62,828 nt of DNA, taken from positions 1-62,828 of the forward strand of contig JAFLSA010000001.1 in the NCBI GenBank assembly GCA_022511185.1, in the 5' to 3' direction. How positions within the stretch are numbered: position 1 is the stretch's first letter; every line of letters starts with the position of its first letter. This document shows positions 9,712 to 19,858 of the stretch, one piece after another. Source of the stretch: Eubacterium sp. GTDB taxonomy: Bacteria > Bacillota > Clostridia > Oscillospirales > Acutalibacteraceae. Under the pieces are notes generated by a model. That model made no database searches. It had not been told where the DNA came from and saw only the letters and a program-made list of their open reading frames with translations. Both the position numbers and the translations under genes were made by a program.

Positions 9712-10392
9712 TTATTTACTTTTCTTTTTTCTGTTTCTTAAAACTATCATAAATATCATACCCGCAAGTCCGCCGACGGCATTCATCATCATATCAGTCA
9801 TAGTGTCAACCAAACCGAGATAGCCGTATTCATTATTATACTTTGCCAAATCAAACATTGCTGTTTCCTCTCCTGCTTTTGCAAGCTGGAGGTTTGTGCC
9901 GTGGAGCGTGTCCATTAAAAATTCATAAAACTCCCAGCCGACAGCGATTGAAAGTGCAAACATCAGCGCAAAAATTGCGGCAAGCGTTGCGGCGCACTGG
10001 CCTTTTTTTCTCTGAATAATGCAGGCAAAGTCATAGCCGAAAACAGCACACACCACACCCGACAGCATGTGCATCATATTATCAAACCATGAAATTTTGT
10101 CAAAAAGTCCGAAATATGAGCCGATAACGATACCTACAAATATAATAAGATTCAGCATTGTCTGGCTGAGCGGCGGCACCTCTTCAATAAAGCTGCCGTT
10201 GCCGAAAACCTGAAACATATCCCAAAGATGAGTGAAAATAAAACAGAATACGCTTTCAAAGCCCATTACCACGTCGCCTGTTACGAAAGAGTATACTGCG
10301 CAGATAATCATTGAAATACGCACGATTATCCAAAAAATAAGCTGTGCCTTCGGTATCTGATTAATAGGGTCCTTTTTAATTTTATATGCCAC
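9712..10392 (-). CDS. integral membrane protein (DUF2238/YjdF-like)
   Basis: multiple TM segments; WFDNMMH, WEFYEF and DTMTDM motifs; GTG start after GGAGG. Confidence 0.7.
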   Translation of the reverse strand: MAYKIKKDPINQIPKAQLIFWIIVRISMIICAVYSFVTGDVVMGFESVFCFIFTHLWDMFQVFGNGSFIEEVPPLSQTMLNLIIFVGIVIGSYFGLFDKISWFDNMMHMLSGVVCAVFGYDFACIIQRKKGQCAATLAAIFALMFALSIAVGWEFYEFLMDTLHGTNLQLAKAGEETAMFDLAKYNNEYGYLGLVDTMTDMMMNAVGGLAGMIFMIVLRNRKKKSK

Positions 10393-10585
10393 TCTTCCAC
10401 CTCCATAGATGAAATACCTATTTATTTTATCATAGATATCCGAAAAGTCAAATTATAAAATAAAAATAAACTATTTTAAATTATGTGGAAATATAAATTT
10501 CGTTTTGCTATAATCGTTGAGATAAAATATATTGGATATTATATCCAATATCGTGTGTTTTATAAAATTGACGGGGGAATAATCT

Positions 10586-12268
10586 ATGATAGAGTATACC
10601 ACAAAATATGACGTTAAAAAAACAATGTATGAAAAATTTGCCGACTCTGCCGCGCAAAATGCGGACTCGCCTTGTTTTTATTACTATAACAACACTATCA
10701 GTTGGAAAAAGGCTGAAGAAATGGTTGACCTTTGTGCAGCCGCACTCGTTGCAAACGGCGTAAGAAAGGGCGACAGAGTTGTCATCTGTGCACCGAATAT
10801 GCCCCAGTGTATTACGGCAATTTATGCCGTTAATAAAATCGGTGCAATTGCGGCTATGCTTCATCCTCTTTCAGTTAAGTCTGAGGCTGAGTACACAGTT
10901 AATCTCGTTGGTGCGAAATTTGCATTTTGCTTTGACGTTTCAGAAAAATCATTCCAGGGTATGAAAAATCTTACTCTTGTGCGCTGCAAAACAGCAGGCT
11001 ATTTCCCCAAGACCCCTTACGGCTTTATTGCAAATCAGGTTTATAAGAAAAAGATCAAGGGCAAGACTGCTCCTGCTACTGAGGTCAAGAAAAATATCGA
11101 GTGGACTGAATTTCTTAAAGAAGGAAAGAAATTTCTTGACAGTGGCAACACAGTTGAGATTGCTTCAGAGCCTCTTGCGGTTGCGTCAATTATGATGACA
11201 GGTGGTACAACAGGTAATCCAAAGGGCGTTCAGCTTACTAACGAGGCTATAAACAACCTTTCATACGAGCTTGTTGACGTTGTTGAGACTGTTCTTGATA
11301 TGAAAACCGATGCTAAGACAGACACAATGCTCACGGCGCTTCCTGTATTCCACGGCTTCGGCTTTGCACTTTGTATGCACGTTTCAATCTGCACAGGTAT
11401 GCCTCAGGCATTATTCCCACAGTTTGATGCAAAAATGTGTTCTGACGCAATTAAAAAATACGGTATCAATTATATATTCGGTGTGCCTGATTTCTTTGAA
11501 AAGGTTTATAAGGCAGGCTACCTCAAGGGAATTGATATGTCAAATATGAAGCTTATCGGCTCAGGCGGTGACGTTGTTCCATATTCACTTACTGAAAAAA
11601 TGGATAGACTTCTTAATGACAACGGTGCAAAATGCCACTTTGTATCAGGCTACGGTCTTACTGAGTGCGTTACCGTTTGCTCCTTTACCGACCCAAGACG
11701 TGAGGCACCGCAGGGCTGTATCGGTATCCCTTGCTACAACATTCAGGCAATGACGGTTAAACCGGGAACTACCGAAGAAGTCAAGGGTGAGGACGGCGAG
11801 CTTTGTATTTACGGTCCAACACTTATGGAGGGTTATTATCACGACCCTGAAGAAACGTCAAAGGTACTCGTTCAGCACGATGACGGCAAGGTTTGGCTTC
11901 ACACAGGTGATATGTGCTTTATCGAGGAAGCTACGGGCGATATCTACTACCGCCAGAGACTTAAGAGAGTTTATAAGATAAGCGGTTATCTCGTTTATCC
12001 TTCCTTCATTGAAGAGGCATACAGAGCAATGGCAGAGATTTATGACTGCTGTGTAATCGGCACAGGTGAAGAGGGTAAAACTCAGCTTAAGCTCTACGTC
12101 GTTAAAAACAAGAAGTATGATACCGATGATGAAGAGGAGCTTACAAAGAAGATTATCGACTTTGGTCTGCAGAACCTTTCAAAGTGGTCTGTGCCTAAGG
12201 AGATTGCTTATATCGACGAGCTTCCGAGAACAAAAATCGGAAAGGTTGACTTTAAGGTACTTAAATAA
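10586..12268 (+). CDS. long-chain acyl-CoA synthetase (AMP-binding enzyme)
   Basis: MTGGTTGNPKG, GYGLTE, WLHTGD and LPRTKIGK adenylation motifs. Confidence 0.9.
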   Translation: MIEYTTKYDVKKTMYEKFADSAAQNADSPCFYYYNNTISWKKAEEMVDLCAAALVANGVRKGDRVVICAPNMPQCITAIYAVNKIGAIAAMLHPLSVKSEAEYTVNLVGAKFAFCFDVSEKSFQGMKNLTLVRCKTAGYFPKTPYGFIANQVYKKKIKGKTAPATEVKKNIEWTEFLKEGKKFLDSGNTVEIASEPLAVASIMMTGGTTGNPKGVQLTNEAINNLSYELVDVVETVLDMKTDAKTDTMLTALPVFHGFGFALCMHVSICTGMPQALFPQFDAKMCSDAIKKYGINYIFGVPDFFEKVYKAGYLKGIDMSNMKLIGSGGDVVPYSLTEKMDRLLNDNGAKCHFVSGYGLTECVTVCSFTDPRREAPQGCIGIPCYNIQAMTVKPGTTEEVKGEDGELCIYGPTLMEGYYHDPEETSKVLVQHDDGKVWLHTGDMCFIEEATGDIYYRQRLKRVYKISGYLVYPSFIEEAYRAMAEIYDCCVIGTGEEGKTQLKLYVVKNKKYDTDDEEELTKKIIDFGLQNLSKWSVPKEIAYIDELPRTKIGKVDFKVLK

Positions 12269-12274
12269 TAAATT

Positions 12275-12302
12275 AAACGGAGGGCAACGCTCTCCGTTTT
12301 TT
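12275..12302 (+). terminator. rho-independent terminator
   Basis: AAACGGAGGGC-aac-GCTCTCCGTTT followed by Ts. Confidence 0.75.
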
Positions 12303-12350
12303 ATGTATTTTAATATTGCAAATTAATGTGTATTCAGGTAAAATCAAATT

Positions 12351-14435
12351 ATGAAAAACATATTATTTTATAACAAAAAGGCGAAGCATTTTGAGGAAGC
12401 GTTGCCCATTGGCAACGGACGTATCGGAGGTCTTGTATTCGGCAATCTTAAAAAGGAGAGGATTGCATTAAACGAGGACACACTCTGGTCAGGTTATCCA
12501 AAGAACCTTAACAAAAAGGGTGCTTATAAATACCTTGATGATGCGAGAAAAGCCATTTTTGAAAAGGATTATAAAAAAGCAAAGGACATAATGAACAGGG
12601 ATATGCACGGCTGCTGGTCCGACTCATATCTCCCCTTCGGTGATTTAATTATCGAATATAAAAATGCACCGAAAAGCAACTACAAAAGAAGCCTTGACAT
12701 CTCAACAGGTGTTGTAACGGTCGAGGCAACAGGCTTTAAAGAAACTGTTTTTGTGTCGCACCCTGCACAGCTTATGGTGATTAACATTCACTGTGATTTT
12801 GGTGTCAGCTTTAAGGTTAAGCTTGGCAGTCAGCTTGAGCACACCACCGAGTGCGCCCAGGACAGCCTTGTTATGACAGGCAAAGCACCTGAGATATGTA
12901 TGCCCCCTTATTATAACAAGGGCGAAAGCATTGTACAGGGAAGCAGAGGTATGACCTTCTGCGGTGCAGTTAAGGTGCTTGGCAATGCTGTATTTGAGAA
13001 AAACTATATTGAGGTAAAAAATCAGCAGGACGTTACCCTGCTTGTTTCACTCGCGACCTCATTTGTTGACTTTAAATCAATGCCGACGGCTGATTCAAAG
13101 GGAAAAGCTTTTTCATATTTTGAAAATATAAAATCATTCGATAAGCTTTTATCTGAGCACAAGGCAGATTTTTCAGTATTGTTTAACAGGGTTGAGTTTG
13201 AGCTTGAAGGCTCACGTGATGACCTGCCGACAGACAAGCGTATTAAGATGATGAACAAAAGCGGTGACGATAACGGACTTATCGCACTTCTTTTCCAGTA
13301 CGGCAGATACCTTACGATTTCAGCTTCAAGAGAAGGCACAACTGCAATGAATCTTCAGGGCATCTGGAACACGCATATGCGACCGCCGTGGTCCTCAAAT
13401 TACACAACGAATATCAACGTTCAGATGAACTATTGGTGTACGGATACCGCTAATCTGTCGGAGTGCTTTGAGCCGTATTTTGAATTTGCAAAAAAACTAA
13501 GCGTAAACGGTGCCCAAACGGCGAAGGAATACTATAACTGCTCAGGCTTTTGCGCCCACCATAACAGCGACATCTGGGGTATGACCTGGCCTGCAGGCTT
13601 CCCTGACGGCAACGGCGACGCATCTCAGTACGCACCGTGGTGCACAAGTGCGCCGTGGATACTTAATCAGCTTTACGAGCATTATCTCTACACACTTGAC
13701 GAAGATTACAAGGCTGAGCTTATACCACTGTTCAAGGGCTGTCTTGATTTTTACAGGGATTTTCTTATTGAAAAAGACGGCGAGCTTGTTACCTGCCCGT
13801 CAATCAGTCCTGAAAATAATTACAGGGATAACGGCGTTTCACTTGCGCTGACGTATATGCCGTCAATGGACAGGGAAATACTGTTTGATTTCTTTGAAAT
13901 TTGCAGAGAGCTTGGCTTTGACACTCCGACTATTGAACAGGTTAAGCCTGCATCAGACGGCAGAATACCCGAATGGGCAGAGGAATTTGATGAAACTGAT
14001 ATTCATCACAGGCACGTAAGTCACCTTTACTGCATTTATCCGTCACACTTTATACAGAGTGATGAGCTTAACAAGGCGGCTGAAAAGTCACTTGAAAAGC
14101 GCGGCTTCGGCGGTACAGGCTGGTCGCTTGGGTGGAAGGTCTGCCTTTGGGCAAGGCTAAAAAATGCTGATAATGCACTGAGGCTTATTAAGCAACAGCT
14201 GACATTTATTAACCCAAGTACTAAAACGAGCCTGAAGGGTGGCGGCTCTTATCCGAATCTCTTTGATGCGCATCCCCCATTTCAGATTGACGGAAACTTT
14301 GCAGTAACTGCCGGCATTGCAGAAATGCTGAAAAATGAGTCACTTCCAAAGGAATGGTCAGGCAGAGTTAAGGGTATCAAAGCCTATGGCTCAAAAGAAA
14401 TTTCATATTCCTTTAAAAACGGTAAAAGGATATAA
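12351..14435 (+). CDS. GH95 alpha-L-fucosidase-like glycoside hydrolase
   Basis: EALPIGNGRIG, LNEDTLWSG, FQYGRYL, NLQGIWN, NINVQMNYW, HRHVSHLY and HPPFQIDGNF motifs. Confidence 0.9.
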   Translation: MKNILFYNKKAKHFEEALPIGNGRIGGLVFGNLKKERIALNEDTLWSGYPKNLNKKGAYKYLDDARKAIFEKDYKKAKDIMNRDMHGCWSDSYLPFGDLIIEYKNAPKSNYKRSLDISTGVVTVEATGFKETVFVSHPAQLMVINIHCDFGVSFKVKLGSQLEHTTECAQDSLVMTGKAPEICMPPYYNKGESIVQGSRGMTFCGAVKVLGNAVFEKNYIEVKNQQDVTLLVSLATSFVDFKSMPTADSKGKAFSYFENIKSFDKLLSEHKADFSVLFNRVEFELEGSRDDLPTDKRIKMMNKSGDDNGLIALLFQYGRYLTISASREGTTAMNLQGIWNTHMRPPWSSNYTTNINVQMNYWCTDTANLSECFEPYFEFAKKLSVNGAQTAKEYYNCSGFCAHHNSDIWGMTWPAGFPDGNGDASQYAPWCTSAPWILNQLYEHYLYTLDEDYKAELIPLFKGCLDFYRDFLIEKDGELVTCPSISPENNYRDNGVSLALTYMPSMDREILFDFFEICRELGFDTPTIEQVKPASDGRIPEWAEEFDETDIHHRHVSHLYCIYPSHFIQSDELNKAAEKSLEKRGFGGTGWSLGWKVCLWARLKNADNALRLIKQQLTFINPSTKTSLKGGGSYPNLFDAHPPFQIDGNFAVTAGIAEMLKNESLPKEWSGRVKGIKAYGSKEISYSFKNGKRI

Positions 14436-14439
14436 AAAA

Positions 14440-14464
14440 TACGGACGACCAATGGTCGTCCGTA
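14440..14464. terminator. terminator hairpin between convergent genes
   Basis: TACGGACGACC-aat-GGTCGTCCGTA. Confidence 0.7.
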
Positions 14465-14472
14465 AATGTTTA

Positions 14473-15309
14473 TTATAAATGATAAATAATATCGTCACTC
14501 TTCCAGTTGAAGAACAGGATGCCGATAACAAGCGTTACGATTGAAACTACAAGCGCATATAAAAACATTTTACCGCTCATTATCTGACCGTATAATACAC
14601 ACTGCCTGAAAAGCTCAATCATCGAGTAAAGCGGATTGATTTTGATTAAGGTTACAACCCAGTCTCTTTTAATCGTACTAAGATGATAAATTATCGGAAC
14701 CATATAGAAAAGAAGCTGACACAAAACGTCCCAGATATACTCAATGTCCCTGAAATAAACGCTGACAACAGAAAGAATCAATCCAACGCCTGTACTGAAT
14801 ATCAGCATAAGCAGCATAGGCACCCAGCAAAGAAGCACATAACCGCTCAGCTTAAGATCTGCACCACCGCTGATTCCCGTAAGCTTAAAGAATATCCAGA
14901 CACACACAAGACATATCAAAGATATCGCAAAGGTCACAAAATTACTTAAAATGGATGACAGCGGATACATATATTTAGGCACGTAGACCTTTTTGATAAT
15001 TGCCTGATTTTTTCTGAATGACCTTAAAGCCTGTTTAGACGAGCTTGTAAAAAAGCTGAAAAGCAGTCTTCCTGTAAAAAGATAAACAGGATAGCAGACA
15101 ATTAAATCACTTTTCTTGCCAAGCAATCCGCCGAATACGACAGACAAAACTATCATATTTAAAAGCGGCTGTAAAAAGCTCCATATGATACCGAGCCATG
15201 AGCTGCGGTATTTGAGTTTAATATCTTTAATTGTAAGCTCTTTTAACAGATTTTTGTATTTTTTAAATATCTCAACATCGTGGTCAAGAGCTTGATTTTT
15301 TATTTTCAC
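14473..15309 (-). CDS. ABC-2 type polysaccharide/teichoic acid export permease (Wzm/TagG-like)
   Basis: DIKLKYRSSWLGIIWSFLQPL, IKKVYVPK, FRDIEY and NPLYSMIELFR motifs. Confidence 0.88.
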   Translation of the reverse strand: MKIKNQALDHDVEIFKKYKNLLKELTIKDIKLKYRSSWLGIIWSFLQPLLNMIVLSVVFGGLLGKKSDLIVCYPVYLFTGRLLFSFFTSSSKQALRSFRKNQAIIKKVYVPKYMYPLSSILSNFVTFAISLICLVCVWIFFKLTGISGGADLKLSGYVLLCWVPMLLMLIFSTGVGLILSVVSVYFRDIEYIWDVLCQLLFYMVPIIYHLSTIKRDWVVTLIKINPLYSMIELFRQCVLYGQIMSGKMFLYALVVSIVTLVIGILFFNWKSDDIIYHL

Positions 15310-15380
15310 AAAAGCACCTCTTTTGCATTAAACAAATAATAACTCAAGCATTATATCACATATAATATTATTTTTCAACT

Positions 15381-15869
15381 TTATCTGAATATATCTGCTA
15401 TTTCAAGTGCTGTTTTCCTCGCCGACATATTGCCGTCAATCACATAATCTGCGGCGCTTAAATACTTGGACTTGCGCTCGTCATAAAGGCTTTTTGCCTT
15501 TTCCCTGTCCTGAAAAAGAGGTCGAGTTTTTGAATTTCCGATACGTTCGCATATAACGTCAAAATCAGCGTCAAGGAAAACAATTCTTCCGTTTTGCTTT
15601 AATGCGTCAACATTTCTTTGAAAGGTGAGCGCTCCGCCGCCTGTGGACACAACGCAGTTTTTCATATCCGAAATGCTCTTACAACACTTAAACTCCAAGT
15701 CACGAAAATAATCCTCACCGTGAACGGTAAATATAGCCTTAATGGCTATCCCCTGCTCACGCTCAATCATCTCGTCCGTATCAATAAATTTTCTGCCCAT
15801 AATTTTGGCAAGCTCCATACCGACAGTAGTTTTTCCGCTTCCCATAAATCCGCAAAGAATAATGTTCAT
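15381..15869 (-). CDS. aroK: shikimate kinase
   Basis: GFMGSGKTT P-loop, DTD, STGGG and RPL motifs. Confidence 0.93.
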   Translation of the reverse strand: MNIILCGFMGSGKTTVGMELAKIMGRKFIDTDEMIEREQGIAIKAIFTVHGEDYFRDLEFKCCKSISDMKNCVVSTGGGALTFQRNVDALKQNGRIVFLDADFDVICERIGNSKTRPLFQDREKAKSLYDERKSKYLSAADYVIDGNMSARKTALEIADIFR

Positions 15870-16696
15870 TATTTTTCCATTTCTCTTTCTGTAATTTCGA
15901 TAACGCTCTTAACCTGCTCCATAGTGAATTTTACACCAAGCCAGATTTCCTGTGCAACAGCCGCCTGCCACACGAGCATCGGCAGACCGTTTGAATATTT
16001 TGCACCGCACTCTTTTGCATATTTCAAAAGCAAGGTTTCCATCGGGTTATATATTGCATCAAAGACAGCCTTGCAGCTTTGCACCTTTTCTTTTGGCAAA
16101 ACACACGCATCAACGTTTGGAAACATACCGACAGGCGTGCCGTTAATTAAAACGTCGTATTCCCCCGAAACCTCATCAAGAGTAATGACATCAACGGTTT
16201 TATTAAGCTTGTCAGCAACTTCTTTTTTAATCTGATTTGCCGCATCAACGTCTGCATCACGCACTGCGATTGTAAGCTCTGCGCCTGCAATCACGCTTTC
16301 AAACGCAAACATTCTTGAAACACCGCCGCTTCCGCAAAGAAGCACGTTACCTTTAAGCTCAATGCCTGCCATTTCAAGCGCACGCAGAAAACCGAAGCAG
16401 TCAGTGTTGTAGCCTGTTAAAATGCCGTTCTTGTTATCAACAGTATTAACTGCGCCGAAAAGCTCTGCCCTTTCGGAAAGCTTATCAAGAAAAGGAATAA
16501 TCGCTGTCTTATGAGGAATAGTTACATTGAAGCCTTTAAAATTTTTAAGCACATCTATCCCCTGTGAAAAGCTGTCAGGGCTGATTTCCCTAAGTTCATA
16601 TGATGCATCAAAGCCGTTGATTTTAAAAAGCTCTCTATGTATAACAGGCGACATTGAATGACCGAGAGGGAAGCCTGTAAGTGCAAATTTTTCCAT
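15869..16696 (-). CDS. aroE: shikimate dehydrogenase
   Basis: HSMSPVIH, GFNVTIPHK, AVNT, GYNTD and GLPMLVWQA motifs; ATG at 16696 after GAGG. Confidence 0.93.
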   Translation of the reverse strand: MEKFALTGFPLGHSMSPVIHRELFKINGFDASYELREISPDSFSQGIDVLKNFKGFNVTIPHKTAIIPFLDKLSERAELFGAVNTVDNKNGILTGYNTDCFGFLRALEMAGIELKGNVLLCGSGGVSRMFAFESVIAGAELTIAVRDADVDAANQIKKEVADKLNKTVDVITLDEVSGEYDVLINGTPVGMFPNVDACVLPKEKVQSCKAVFDAIYNPMETLLLKYAKECGAKYSNGLPMLVWQAAVAQEIWLGVKFTMEQVKSVIEITEREMEK

Positions 16697-16805
16697 TTGT
16701 TTTACCTCTGTTAAAAAAATTATTGACAATTCAATAGGAATTATATAATATGATAATAACATAACAAATCAACATTAACAACTACTTTTTGGGGTGAAAG
16801 TCATT

Positions 16806-17033
16806 ATGGTATTTGAAAAAATCAAAGCTATCCTTTCAGAACAGCTTGATATCGACGAGGAAAATATTACTGCTGACAGCCTTATTGTCGAGGATTTAGG
16901 TGCTGACAGTCTTGATGCTATAGACATTGTTATGTCTGTTGAGGACGAGTTCGGTATCGAGGTTCCTGATGAAATCGTTGAGAAAATGGAAAGCGTCGGC
17001 GATATAATTACCTTTGTAGAAAATAATATATAA
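16806..17033 (+). CDS. acpP: acyl carrier protein
   Basis: DLGADSLD phosphopantetheine motif; acidic 75 aa protein. Confidence 0.95.
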   Translation: MVFEKIKAILSEQLDIDEENITADSLIVEDLGADSLDAIDIVMSVEDEFGIEVPDEIVEKMESVGDIITFVENNI

Positions 17034-17092
17034 TATTTGTGTATAATTAACTCTTACACATCATTGACTTTGAAATATAAATAAAGTAAAAT

Positions 17093-17119
17093 AAAAGCAG
17101 GTATATATTACCTGCTTTT
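17093..17119 (+). terminator. hairpin after acpP, adjacent to a TTGACT-17-TAAAAT promoter (17064-17092) for glpK
   Basis: AAAAGCAGGTA-tatat-TACCTGCTTTT. Confidence 0.6.
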
Positions 17120-17178
17120 ACTATTTTAGACATTAAGCTGACTGTTATTATCAGCAGTTTTTGAGAGGGGTAAATCAT

Positions 17179-18681
17179 ATGTCTGAAAAATATATTATGG
17201 CTCTCGATCAGGGAACAACGTCCTCACGAGCTATTATATTTAATAAGAAAGGTGAAATCGTTGCCAAAGCGCAAAACGAATTCACTCAGTATTATCCTGA
17301 AAGCGGCTGGGTCGAGCACGATCCTATGGAAATTTTATTTTCACAGATAAGCGCAATCCTGTCTTGCCTCAGGCTTGAAAAGGTTGATCCAAAAGATATT
17401 GCAGGCATAGGCATAACGAATCAGAGGGAAACTACTATAGTCTGGGATAAGGAAACAGGTAAGCCTGTCTGCAACGCTATCGTATGGCAATGCCGCAGAA
17501 CTGCACAGTACTGCGAAGAATTGAAGGCAGAGGGTCTTGGCGATTATATTAAAGAAACAACAGGTCTTTTGATTGACGCATATTTCAGCGCAACGAAAAT
17601 CAAGTGGATTCTTGATAACGTTGAAGGCGCAAGAGAAAGAGCAGAAAAGGGACAGCTCCTTTTCGGTACTGTTGACACGTGGCTTATATGGAATTTAACA
17701 CACGGTAAGGTTCACGTAACAGATTATTCAAACGCTTGCAGGACAATGCTCTTTGACATTGATAAGCTTTGCTGGGATCCGTTTCTCTGTGAAAAACTCG
17801 GCATACCTATGAGTATGCTGCCTGAGGTTAAGCCGTCAAGCTGTATTTACGGTGAGGTTGCGACAATCACAGGCATTGAGGATATCGCAGGCGTTCCGAT
17901 TGCAGGTGCAATCGGCGACCAGCCGGGCGCATTATTCGGTCAGGGCTGCTTTAACGAGGGTCAGGCAAAGAACACCTACGGCACCGGCTGCTTCCTCCTG
18001 ATGAACACAGGCGACAAGAGAGTCAGCTCACGTTCAAACCTTCTCTCAGGTATTGCGTGGGGTATCGGTGATAAAGTTACGTATGCACTTGAAGGCTCAG
18101 CCTTCAATGCAGGCTCGGTTATCAAATGGCTTCGTGATGAGGTTGAGCTTATTCACTCAGCTCCCGAATGTGACGAGCTTGCCGCAGAGGTTGAGGACTC
18201 AAACGGTCTTTACTTCGTTCCTGCGTTTACAGGTCTCGGTGCTCCGTACTGGGATATGTATGCAAGAGGAATAATGATAGGTCTCACACGCGGTATTAAC
18301 AGAAAGCATATCTGCCGTGCCGTACTTGAGAGCATTACATATCAGATGACTGATTTGCTTGAAGCAATGATGAGTGATTCCGATATTATTCTTAAGGATC
18401 TGAGAGTTGACGGCGGTGCTTCGGTATCAGACATTATGATGCAGATTCAGGCTGATATGACAGGCACTACCGTAAACAGACCTAAAAATATTGAGACGAC
18501 TGCTTTGGGCGCTGCCTACTGCGCAGGCCTTGCAACAGGCGTCTGGGAAAGCATGGAGGAAATTGAGGCAAACCGTCAGGTTGACAAGATATTCATTCCT
18601 TCAATGGAGACTACATTAAGAAATAAAAAATATTCTGACTGGAGGCGTGCGGTTGAACGCTCACGCAACTGGGAAAGATAA
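17179..18681 (+). CDS. glpK: glycerol kinase
   Basis: [29 protein letters not shown] and [12 protein letters not shown] motifs. Confidence 0.95.
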   Translation: MSEKYIMALDQGTTSSRAIIFNKKGEIVAKAQNEFTQYYPESGWVEHDPMEILFSQISAILSCLRLEKVDPKDIAGIGITNQRETTIVWDKETGKPVCNAIVWQCRRTAQYCEELKAEGLGDYIKETTGLLIDAYFSATKIKWILDNVEGARERAEKGQLLFGTVDTWLIWNLTHGKVHVTDYSNACRTMLFDIDKLCWDPFLCEKLGIPMSMLPEVKPSSCIYGEVATITGIEDIAGVPIAGAIGDQPGALFGQGCFNEGQAKNTYGTGCFLLMNTGDKRVSSRSNLLSGIAWGIGDKVTYALEGSAFNAGSVIKWLRDEVELIHSAPECDELAAEVEDSNGLYFVPAFTGLGAPYWDMYARGIMIGLTRGINRKHICRAVLESITYQMTDLLEAMMSDSDIILKDLRVDGGASVSDIMMQIQADMTGTTVNRPKNIETTALGAAYCAGLATGVWESMEEIEANRQVDKIFIPSMETTLRNKKYSDWRRAVERSRNWER

Positions 18682-18701
18682 AAATAAAAAGGAGTTTTAT
18701 T

Positions 18702-19811
18702 ATGGGTAAAGTAATATGTCCTTGGGATTTGATCACAAACTTTGTAACCGATGCATTTATCGGCTACGGCGTTCCTGAGGAAGATGCAAAAATCTGCACA
18801 GACGTTTTGCTTGAGTCTGACAGGCGTGGTATTGAAAGTCACGGCTGCAACAGATTTAAACCGATTTATCTTGACAGAATCAAGGCAGGTATCCAAAATC
18901 CTGTAACTGATTTTGAAATCATCAGAGAGACCCCTACAACAGCAGTTGTTGACGGCCATGACGGTATGGGTCAGGTTATCGGTCACAAGGCTATGCAAAT
19001 GGCAATCGACAAGGCTAAGCAGTACGGTATGGGTATGGTTGCAGTGCGCAATTCCTGCCACTACGGCATCGCAGGCTACTATGCAACTATGGCTACCAAG
19101 CAGGGTTGTATCGGAATGACAGGAACAAACGCAAGACCGTCAGTTGCACCGACCTTCGGTGTTGACGGTATGTTTGGTACAAACCCGCTCACAATCGGCA
19201 TACCGACTGATGAGGATTTTGATTTTGTCATCGACTGTGCTACGTCAATCACACAAAACGGTAAAATCGAGTATTACGAGAGAATCGGTGAGGATGTTCA
19301 TCCCGGAACTATAATCGGCAGAGACGGCAAGCAGATTGAGGGTGACTCAGGCGTTGCTCTTAAAAAGATTCGTCAGGGCGAAGCCGCTCTCACTACTCTC
19401 GGCGGTATCGGCGAAGCTCTCGGTGGATACAAGGGCTACGGTTATGCAATGGTTATCGAGCTTCTTTCTGCAATTCTTCAGGATGGAAGCTACGGCAAGG
19501 ACCTTGACGGAAAAGACGAAAACGGAAATATCAGACCGTACCGTCTCGGTCATTTCTTCATTGCTATTGACACCGACCATTTTCTCGGCGAAGAGCTTAC
19601 GAGAAAAAAGGCAGGCGAAATTCTCCGCTCAGTCCGCAATTCCACAAAAGCACCCGGCTGTGACAGAATTTATACAGCAGGTGAAAAGGAATGGGATATC
19701 TGGCAGGAGAGAAAGGACAGCGGAGTACCTATCAACGAGTCTGTTCAAAAGGAAATTCTTGCAGTTCGTGACGAGCTTGGTTTAACACAGTATAAATTCC
19801 CTTGGGAGTAA
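18702..19811 (+). CDS. Ldh_2 family (malate/L-lactate dehydrogenase-like) oxidoreductase
   Basis: DRRGIESHG, VRNSCHYG, GTNP and GGYKGYG motifs. Confidence 0.88.
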   Translation: MGKVICPWDLITNFVTDAFIGYGVPEEDAKICTDVLLESDRRGIESHGCNRFKPIYLDRIKAGIQNPVTDFEIIRETPTTAVVDGHDGMGQVIGHKAMQMAIDKAKQYGMGMVAVRNSCHYGIAGYYATMATKQGCIGMTGTNARPSVAPTFGVDGMFGTNPLTIGIPTDEDFDFVIDCATSITQNGKIEYYERIGEDVHPGTIIGRDGKQIEGDSGVALKKIRQGEAALTTLGGIGEALGGYKGYGYAMVIELLSAILQDGSYGKDLDGKDENGNIRPYRLGHFFIAIDTDHFLGEELTRKKAGEILRSVRNSTKAPGCDRIYTAGEKEWDIWQERKDSGVPINESVQKEILAVRDELGLTQYKFPWE

Positions 19812-19858
19812 GTTGTCGGCAGTCAACTTAAATATAAAATTAGCAGAGGTATCAGAAA

